NCBI GenBank assembly: GCA_964016885.1
Contig: OZ024755.1
Coordinates: 18,290,001-18,354,000 of the forward strand
Source: Eledone cirrhosa
Lineage: Eukaryota
Reading direction: 5' to 3'
DNA length: 64,000 bases
Part shown: positions 41,241 through 51,877 of the stretch, piece after piece
Layout of the letters: the number at the start of each line of letters is the position of its first letter
Position numbering within the stretch: the first letter of the stretch is position 1
Notes under the pieces: generated by a model
Seen by the model: only the letters and a program-made list of their open reading frames with translations
Databases searched by the model: none
What the model was told of the DNA's origin: nothing
Made by a program: the position numbers and the translations under genes

Positions 41241-44200
41241 GGGGTGTGAGATTTCAAATTCTTTATTGTTGGTTTGCTCAGCAAAATTGAAACCAGGAAT
41301 AGTTTATGCATTCAACAAATATCTCTTGGCAGACAAAAAAAAAACAAAAAACAAAAAAAAAAACGAAACAAAAAAAACTTTAAAACTTTCTAATAAAGTG
41401 AATAACCTCAACTCCATTCTCTCACGCATACAAACATACATGTTTGTATCTGATATATATATATATATACACACATACACAATACACCATGATGTAAGTG
41501 GAGAGAGAGGAAGACAATGAAATAGCAACTGTAATTTTATAGAAAAAAAAGTTCCACCACTTATTCAATTGTAGAGTTCACATAACAGTTTAGGTTTCAT
41601 TACTAGACATTTCCTAGGATCAATTTCCATTTGAACAAGATATTCAACTGATGATGTATCTTAAATAACCATCACTACCATGACTACAATTAGTAATAGG
41701 TATATTTACACAGTTCAGGTCATGGCCTTTTCATACCTTCACGAAAAAACCTGGCGGAATTTGCACAGGAGAGAGGGGGGGGGGGGGGGGGGGGGGCTGC
41801 TGTTGACATTAAGACTTTTTATTTATTTTTGAACTGGGTTGTGTATTGTGTTCTTGAGCAAAACACTTCATTTCATGTTGCTCCAGTATACTCAGCTGGA
41901 AATGAGCCTCAGTAGTAGCTGGGGGATTAACATTGTGATGGACTGGTATCTTGCTCCTGGAAAGTGGGGGAGGTCTTGTACTTTCAGTTGCTTCATGCCC
42001 CAGAAACCAGGATAGCCACTAACCTGATGAGCCTCTAGGCTTGAGACAGACATTTTTATACTGTTAAGGAAAGCGAAATGGCAGAAACAATGAATTACCT
42101 GAGGAAATATGTTACCTCGCGGTATATTCATTGATATCCTGCCTGGGTTCATAGTACTTGACATATTGCTGTTATTGAGAGAGTGTTTAGATAGCTGGAT
42201 CAATAGGGTAGGTAGGGAACTGGCAGCTGAGGGGTTGGCAGATTGTATTCTGTCACCAACACTGCACTAGGTCACAACAAAAAGCACCCAGCCCACACTG
42301 TAAATGTGGTTGTGTAGATGTCATGACAAAAAGCACCCAGCCTACTCTGTAAAGTGGTCATGTAGGAGACATGGCAAAAAGCACCCAGCACACACTGTAA
42401 ATGTGGTTAGCGAGAAAACCAGCCAGAAACAGTCTTATATGAGTGAGACAACTTGCCTCAAATGGGACAAACCCGTCTAACCCATGCTAGCATGGAAAGT
42501 GGACGTTAAATGATGATGATGATTAAGAGCTTACCTCGAAGAAATGTCGATATCGTTTGTTTTTACACAATTCTTTTAACTGATCACAGGCATGAGGGTG
42601 ATTGTTGCAGTAATCTGAATAGATTTCAAAACCTTTCCTCTGAAATACAAACAACACAATATATATAAACATAAATCTCTTAGAAATATGGTAGAAATTA
42701 TATATCAACATTATTGTAGTTCTACTGGGTTTCTTTATGGAAGAGATAGAGTAATATCACATCAGTTAATTTGGAGAGGGTCTTGATAAAAAGGACAGAA
42801 TATAATTAATGTTCAGTGTGCGTTGTTTGGAGTTATAAACAAAGATTAAATCTTAAAGTCCTGTATCACATAAAACAGCTTTAACAAGATATTCTTGATA
42901 AGTATAAAACAGCATTAGGACTACATTAGTGAATGATACTTGTTAATAATAATACTAAAAACACTAATATATATATATAGAGAGAGAGAAAATTTCCACT
43001 GTAAAGTGGTCGAGTAGGTGTCATGACAAAAAGCACCCAGCACACACTGTAAAGTGGTCGTGTAAAAGACACGGCAAAAAGAACCCAGCACACACTGTAA
43101 ATGTGGTTAGCGCTAGGAAGGGCATCCAGCTGTAGAAAACCAGCCAGAAACAGTCCTATATGAGCGAGAGACGGTCACCCAACCCAACTTGCCTCTAAAT
43201 GGGACAAACCTGTCTAACCCATGCTAGTGTGGAAGATGGACGTTAAACAATGATGATGATGATGAGAGAAAGTGGGGAGAAAGATAAGTAGTCTGTCCAA
43301 AAAGTGTGTTGTTTCAAATTGGCATTATTTTCACATCCATTAAACATATATTTAATGTTATATATTATTAAGCTAATTGGCAGATTACCATGTCTCTATG
43401 TAAAGGAAATAGATGGTGTTTTGGTGTTCTTTTTAAAAAAAAACTTGTTTTTGACTGCCTGGTTTCTCTCTCTCAACCATTCTCATGTTTATCACTTTTA
43501 TTTTTTAAAATACACCCCTAACTTCTATTAACTAACAATAAACCTCTCCCCTATATGTTGTCAACTATACCACCACCATTACTGTGCCTCCCAATATGTT
43601 GTCAACTACACCACCACACCACCACACCACCACCATTATTGTGCTATTACAATGGACTCCAAATGGACTATCGACTAACTACCATTTGTTGTATTACAAC
43701 TCTTAGGAAAAACAACCATTTATTTGCTATAACCTATTGTAAATAACTAAATAACTGTTTCTACGTTAGGCGCAAGGCCAGCAATTACCCAGTGCATTAC
43801 TGGTACTTTATTTTATCGACCCCGTAAGGATGAAAGGCAAAGTCAGACAATTTTCAATTCAACATCCTCATATCTAACTTCTATTATCCATATATATATA
43901 ATTTACTACTATTAAGATGATGGTTTTGTTAGAGATGTCCACTCCAAAATCAATCACATTTATCATGGTTCTTTGATACATAGGAACCTAGGATGTATTG
44001 TTTTGGAGTAGCTTTAATTTCTAGTCTTTTAAGCGTTTAATATTCAACGAATCAACTACACTCTAACAAACTTAACACCGGATATATCACAAAAGTTATA
44101 CTTCTATTAACAACAATAGAATTTACTTTTGTTGTTGTTGTAGCTCAGGTGAGAAAGAGCGGTACACATGACCTTGTGCAGTGCATTCTAGGCTGGCGAG

Positions 44201-45822
44201 AGTGGAAGAATAGAAGAAACCAACCATAGACATGAGTGCTATTCTCAGGCAAGAGACCTGGTCTAAACTGAACCCCATTTAACTCTTCAGAATTCTCTCA
44301 CCTCTTTCTGTTTAAACCGGCTGCTCATACTGATGTTAAGGTACTATTCTCAAAATAAATAATATAAAAATCTCATAGATTCGATATTATGTGAGATAAA
44401 GCCTTGACCATGAAAATACAATAGTATATATAGAGCAATGTAAATGCTAAAGGGTTAAAATGTGTTTGTAAATTCATGTTGTTTCCTTGAGCAAGACACT
44501 TTATTTCACATTGCTCCAGTTTACTCAGCTGTAGAAATGAGATGATAGGGACTGGGGTCCCTATCATTCCACTGCAAAGTGGTCATGGAGGTGTCACGGC
44601 AAAAAAGCACCCAGCACTCACTGTAAATGGGGTTGGTGTTAGGAAGGGCATCCAGCTGTAGAAATCAAGCCAGAATCAGTTCCTGTCCCACCCTTGCAAG
44701 CAGGGAAAAGTGGACGTAAAATGATGATGATGATGATGATGATGTCTATAGTATCTTTACTGAAGGACAGATTATTTTAAAGAATTGCGATATTAAAGTT
44801 TTGTTGGGCAGTTTCAGGTGTATTAGTATGAAAAGGTGTATTAGTATGAAAAAGTTTAAAATGCTATTTGCTATCAATTCTAATGAATAGTGTTTATTGC
44901 TTTAAGGTGTTTATTTAATAATCCCCACCTGAAAGATTGTAGAATTACATGTTCATGAAAGATTGTAGAGTTACATGTTCAATAAAACAATGACCCCACC
45001 CCCTTCTGATCCCACCAGAAAGACTGCAGAGTTACTTACATGTTCAATAAAACAATGACCCACTTCACTTTGGTGTAAATCATCTTTGAGACTGATCTCA
45101 AGACTTTTGAAGAATTTTTTAGAAAAAGTGTATATATCCTCCAAATTGCCGAAAATGGTAGAAATCTTATCATCCGGAAACATGTCTGGCCTTTTCTTGG
45201 CTTGAACAACGTAACCCTAAAAAGTAAAAACAATATAAATTTTAAACAAATAAATAATAATGAAATTATTGTGTACAGTGCTCAGGTGCACTACAACTCG
45301 TCAAAGGTGCATGTATAGTACATAGAATAATGTACAAATGTCAGGAAAATGAACAGTATGAGTCATGATATAATAGTAATAATAATAATGAAATATTGTG
45401 TACAGTGCCCAGGTGCACCACAACTCATCAAAAAGTGCATGTACAGTACATAGGGCAATGCACAAACATCAGTAAAATGAACAGTGCACGAATCATGATA
45501 CACACATGTGTGCATGTGTATGGAAGGGGTACATCAGGTTTACTTAAGAATGCGAAAATTTCATATGTAGTTATAAATATAGATACATACATATACAAAC
45601 ATAGAAAACACATGTTTATAAATATATATATATAAACTCACGGAGGAGATGACGAAGGACCGTGACAAGTGGAGAGATGCTGTGCTGAATAGGACCCGTC
45701 CCACCCTTGCAAGCAGGGAAAAGCGGACATAAAATGATGATGATGATAGATAGATAGATATACATACACACTCTGCATGTGCTCATTTTCGTACCACCAC
45801 CACCAGTAATTCATTGAATCAC

Positions 45823-45854
<32 letters not shown>

Positions 45855-46385
45855 GAGAGGGGGGGTGTATGTATATATATATATATATATATGAAAAATA
45901 ATAATCAAGATTTGAAAAAAAGCACAAAATGTTTTTATCTATTATACATACATGCTATGTGTGTAGTGGACAATGAAAAAAATTCACATCAAAAAGAATA
46001 GTTTTTGTACTTAACCTGTTTGAAAAGCTGTTTCACTTAAACAGCTTTTCAAAAGTTTTTACATGTCTAATTTTCTAAGTTTCCATTTGTAATGTTATTG
46101 CTGCTTATATATATATATATATCATCATCACTATTTTACGTCCGCTTTTTCCCTGCTTGCAAGGGTGGGACGGGAACTGATTCTAGCTTGATTTCTACAG
46201 CTGGATGCCTGCCCTTCCTATCACCAACCTCATTTACAGTGAGTGCTGAGTGCTTTTTTGCCGTGGCACCTTCACGTCCACTTTGCAGTGGAATGATATG
46301 GACCCCAGTCCCTATCATCTCATTTCTACAGCTGAGTAAACTGGAGCAATGTGAAATAAAGTGTCTTGCTCAAGGAAATTATATA

Positions 46386-46462
<77 letters not shown>

Positions 46463-49400
46463 CTCACTCATGAGCTTAGCCAGCTATGGGTTAAATAGCC
46501 TCACCAACCTGCAATTGGCCAAGCTTGGTGAGTATGGCTACACCCCTGACATGACCAAAACCAAAACAGAAACTAAGTCACAGGACATAGACAAACAGAC
46601 ATACACATTAAGGTAGGTGTAAGTTCCTTGTGTTAGGAATAATGTTGTGTGGCTGTCTGAAATTGCTGATAATAAGGCCATGATATACTGTGTCTATATT
46701 TATTTGTTCATTGTTCATTATTACCATCTTTTTAACATCTAAGTATGATTTATTATGCCCATTGATTGTTTCCACTGTTTCAATAATTATTATCAATTAT
46801 TATAGATAATAATTGTTTCTACGTTAGGCACAAGGCCAGCAATTACCCAGTGTATTACTGGTGCTTTATTTTATCGACCCCGTAAGGATGAAAGGCAAAG
46901 TTAACCTCGGTGGGATTTGAACTCAGAATGGCAAGGGCCGTAACTCTATGCGTCAAAGCATGGCATCCGACCCTCTACCAATACTGCCAATCCACCGCCT
47001 GATAATAATCATTATTAATGAACTCTCATTGGTTATTGAAATCTGAGAGAAACATTAGAAAGTTTAGTTGATAACCACAAGGCTGGAGTGATGTGTTTCT
47101 TTACTAACAGAAGTTTAGAAAGCTACTTCCATTGTTGACAACAAAAGGTTTTTTCTCCCTATGTACAAAAGGATGGCTGTATGATGCCTGTGTGTGAAGT
47201 GCAATGGTAGATGTTTGTGAAACATAGGCTAAGTGACTGCAGAGGACATGTAGACCAGACAGAAATGAAGCAAACATGCTTTGTTGGATGTGTGATGTAA
47301 ATGTGAGAAAACAGCAGAGCTTGGATGAACTGAGAAGAAAACCGAGTTTAAGAGGAATCCAAAGTGGTGTGCAAGAGAGAAGACTGCATTGGTATGGGCA
47401 TATGATGTGCATGGATGATGATTATTGGGTGAAGAAGTGCCAGGAAATCTCAGTGGAGGGAGGTCACAGTAAAGCTAAACAAAGGAAGACCTTGGCAGAG
47501 GTGGTGAGATCTGATCTCGATGCACTGAGACACAGAGAGGAGATGATGAAGGATTATGATATGTGGAGAGATGCTGTGTTGAAAAGGACCTGTCCAACCC
47601 ATGCAAGCATGGAAAAATGGATGTAAAAACAATGTCGATGATGATGATGAGCAGCTGTTCTTAATTCTTAGCAAAACAGTAAAACACTGGAGAGGTTGGC
47701 TTAAAATGAAATTGTATGAAAAATTTGAATGATGTTTTGGTGAACTTACTTGTAAAACATCATCCAATTGGTGGACATATTCTCTCTCAGCAGAGATGAT
47801 CTCATTAATTACATTGGTTCGTGCTTGGTTGCTGTTGAATTGGTGAGTTTTACCAACATTTGACGATGAATCTTTACTGGAGTCAGCACCTTCTAATTTA
47901 GCTGCTTCTTCTAAGTGATGGTCTTGATTGGCTCGCAACTAAAACAAAAGATTGTATTTCAGTCAGTTAAATGTTTGATTTATTACATAAACCACATGAA
48001 CAGATAAAGACAAATGATTTATAAGGAAATTAACACTTTTGATACTGTAGCAACCTCATTTTGTTTCATTGAAACATTTCACTTCAAACTGTTTAATTCC
48101 AAGTTGGATAATTCTTACTACTTCCTTTTCTTGTTGTTTCTACACATGTGAAATGGACGAAGACACAATTCACAAAGAAATACTTTCACTAACCAACAAA
48201 CTACAACAGATATTTTATTATCATTATTTTTATTATTTTTTTACCACCCAAATATGCCTGTGTTCTAATGAAACAATACAACCCATTTTAAAGTGTTCCT
48301 CCTTAAATGAATACCTTCCAATATAATTTTATTTAAGAACATTATAATTTTAGCAAATCCTTCCCAAATTCTTCAATTAAAATATGAAATATTTCACTAG
48401 TCATTAGAAATCTGTTCCTGAAAGGGTTAAGTTAAAAGTTCAAGTAACAAGCTACTCAACAATATCACACAAAAATGTTTTGCATTAGGACATAATTAAA
48501 TTTAATTTCTGGCATGTGTAAAGCCTTAACTCCTGATAGTAACAGATAGAAATGTATAAAATTACTCTTGATCATTACATTTCACTGCTTGAAAATTGGC
48601 TTTATTAGGGCAGCAGGGTGTGGTATATTGTTGATTGCAATGACTTCAGAACATACTTGATGCGCTTATTTTATCAATTCTGCCATAACTTGACATGCAT
48701 GAAACAAACCAGATCACACACTGCCAACAAACCAGATCCCATCTTAACCCTTTAGCATTTCAACAGACCATATCCAGCAAGAATTCTCTCACGTCTTTCT
48801 GTTCAAACTAACCATAACTGGCCCCTCATATTGACGTTAAGGTATTGTTTTCAAAATAAATAATATCAAAATCTCGTAGATTCGATATTATGAGAGATAA
48901 TTATGTGAGGTAAAGCCTTTAGCGTGAAAATACAATAGTATATATAGAGTAATGTAAATGCTAAAGGGTTAAAGGGCTATTGAATAATGTATTACTACTA
49001 GATACACTATTTCTGAAAACAAGATGGGGTCATCATGGCTGGAAAGCCTTGTTTAGTCAGGGCTCACATGGCGGTTAAACAACAACAGTAACACTAATAA
49101 TGGGATAAAGGGCAAAATTGATTCTGGTAGGATTTGAACCCAGAACAGAAGGAAGAATACAAAATTTTGTAAAGAATTTATGTTGGTCCACTATATTTCT
49201 GATACTCCTACTGCCATTGCAAACCTGTTTAAAATATATATTTGTTTCTGGGTCTAGTGTAAAAGTAGCTGGTTTAACTGGTTCTATGTGATAGGGCTCT
49301 ACACAGAGGTGCAGAGGGAAGGGGTTATGGAGATACATGTTTGTTAAAAAGAAAGGAGGCCAAAAATAAAAAATAAGTAGTTCTGGAGCTGAAGATTTTA

Positions 49401-49508
49401 AATGAGGGTAGAAAGTTATCTATCTCTAACTAGGCTCATTAAGTCAGTCCGCCTAAACAAACTATCTACCTACCTACCTACACATCTATCTATCTATCCA
49501 TCCACCAC

Positions 49509-49541
<33 letters not shown>

Positions 49542-50720
49542 CATCCATCCATCTATCCATCCACCACTTATCTATCTATATATCTATCCATCCACCACTT
49601 ATCTATCTGTATATCTATCCATCCACCACTTATCTATCTATATATCTACCCATCCACCACTTATCTATCTATCTATCTATATATCTATCCATCCACCACT
49701 TATCTATCTATCTATCTATATATCTATCCATCCACCACTTATCTATCTATCTATCTATATATCTACCCATCCACCACTTATCTATCTATCTATCTATATA
49801 TCTACCCATCCACCACTTATCTATCTATCTATCTATATATCTATCCATCCACCACTTATCTATCTATATATCTACCCATCTATCTATCTCTGTCTATCTA
49901 GGCTCATTAAGTCAGTCAGCCTAAACAAACTAAGAAATGAAATTACAAATTAGATATCTTTCTCTCTTCACAAGTATCGTAAGATTTTGCCCCTCCCCCA
50001 CCTATGTGGTAAAATGGGTCGGACATCTGGCATTCGGCATCCAAAGCCAGCCAAACTCTATCACATTCAACAACCAAAAAGCATTATATATATATAAATA
50101 TATATATATATATGGAGGCACATGGCTTAGTGGTTAGAGCATTGGCCTTTCAATCGAAAGGTTGTGAGTTCAATTCTGAGACCGGGTGATGTGTTGTTTC
50201 CTTGAGCAAGACACTTTATTTCACATTGCTCCAGTTTACTCAGCTGTAGAAATGAGATGATAGGACTGGGGTCCATATCATTCCACTACAAAGTGGTCGT
50301 GGAGGTGCCACGGCAAAAAAAGCACCCAGCACTCACTGTAAATGAGGTTGGTGTTAGGAAGGGCATCCAGCTGTAGAAATCAAGCCAGAATCAGTTCCCG
50401 TACCACCCTGGCAAGCAGGGGAAAAGCGGACGTAAAATGAAATGATGATGATGAATGATGATATATTTCTATATATAAATATATATATATATATACGATA
50501 TTAACAAATGGAAACTATATTTATAAAACCATATTTATTTTATTATACATATTTCAAGGACACCACGTTAAATTATGGTGTGCTTTCATCAGACAAATTT
50601 GTTAATATCGTATGTTTACTCCAAATACTTGTTGAGTACTTTATATCAGTTATAAAAATATTTGCTTGTTGTATCCCAACAATTTAAATAGAACTTTTGC
50701 ATATATATATATATAAAGAT

Positions 50721-50777
<57 letters not shown>

Positions 50778-51668
50778 ATGAAAAGAACAACTTAGCTGAT
50801 AGCATATGGCAGCTTAGAAATATAAGAATCATTCATAGATTTTCTGAATTTTCTTTTGGCAATTGCAACAGGAATGGTGTGGAGAAGTGGTGAAGAGTGG
50901 TAGAAAGGAGTGTCGGTGAGAAGTGGTAATTCGGAGTGGTGGTGGTGGGGAATGGTGATTATTATTCTATTATTATACACCTTAGTAGGCTGGTGGTTTG
51001 GCAGTATCAGTAGAGCGTCAGACAACACGCTTTGCAGCATACAGTTATGGCCCATTACATTCTGAGTTCAAATCCTGCTGAGGTTAGCTTTGCCTATCAT
51101 CCTTACGGGGGTTGATAAAATAAAGTACCAGTAATGCACTGAGGTAATTGCTGGCCTTGTGCCAAAAGTAGAAACAATTATTATTGGATTGGCAGTACCG
51201 GTAAAGGGTCGGGCGCCACGCTTTGCAGCATGGAGTTACAGCCCTTTACATTCTGAGTTCAAATCCTGCTGAGGTTAGCTTTGCCGTTCATCCTTACGGG
51301 GTTGATAAAATAAAGTACCAGTAATGTACTGGGGTTAATTGCTGGCCTTGTGCCGAAAGTTCAAACATTATTATGCACCTGAGTAAACTACCCTCAATCA
51401 GAACACCTTTAAATAAACCAACAAACAAAACCAACAAACCAACAACAAATGCTTCAGTACATTTATTTCAAGTAAAAATATTTATCTTCCATTCCGAAGT
51501 TCTTTTTTTTACATTATCTTGTTTATTTAGTAAATAGAATAGGTTTCAAATGAAGAATTATCTTCAGTCAGACTATTTATTTCACAGACTAGAGAATTAC
51601 TTAACTAAACACTGATACAATTAAATAATTAAGACAAATATAATTAATTACATATACAAACACACACT

Positions 51669-51701
<33 letters not shown>

Positions 51702-51820
51702 GTATATATATGTACACATACATATATATATATATATATATATGCACATACATATACACACCTCTATATATATGTATATATGTATATATATATATACACA
51801 CATATATATATATACACACA

Positions 51821-51877
<57 letters not shown>

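Noticed and set aside
46019-46054. Hairpin TTTGAAAAGCTGTTT-CACTT-AAACAGCTTTTCAAA resembling the U3-A8 hammerhead start
   Set aside because: No GAAA/stem III half follows; it can only be called a short palindrome.
50114-50186. tRNA-like sequence with A and B boxes
   Set aside because: It is the SINE head: no proper acceptor stem, and it continues into the SINE body.
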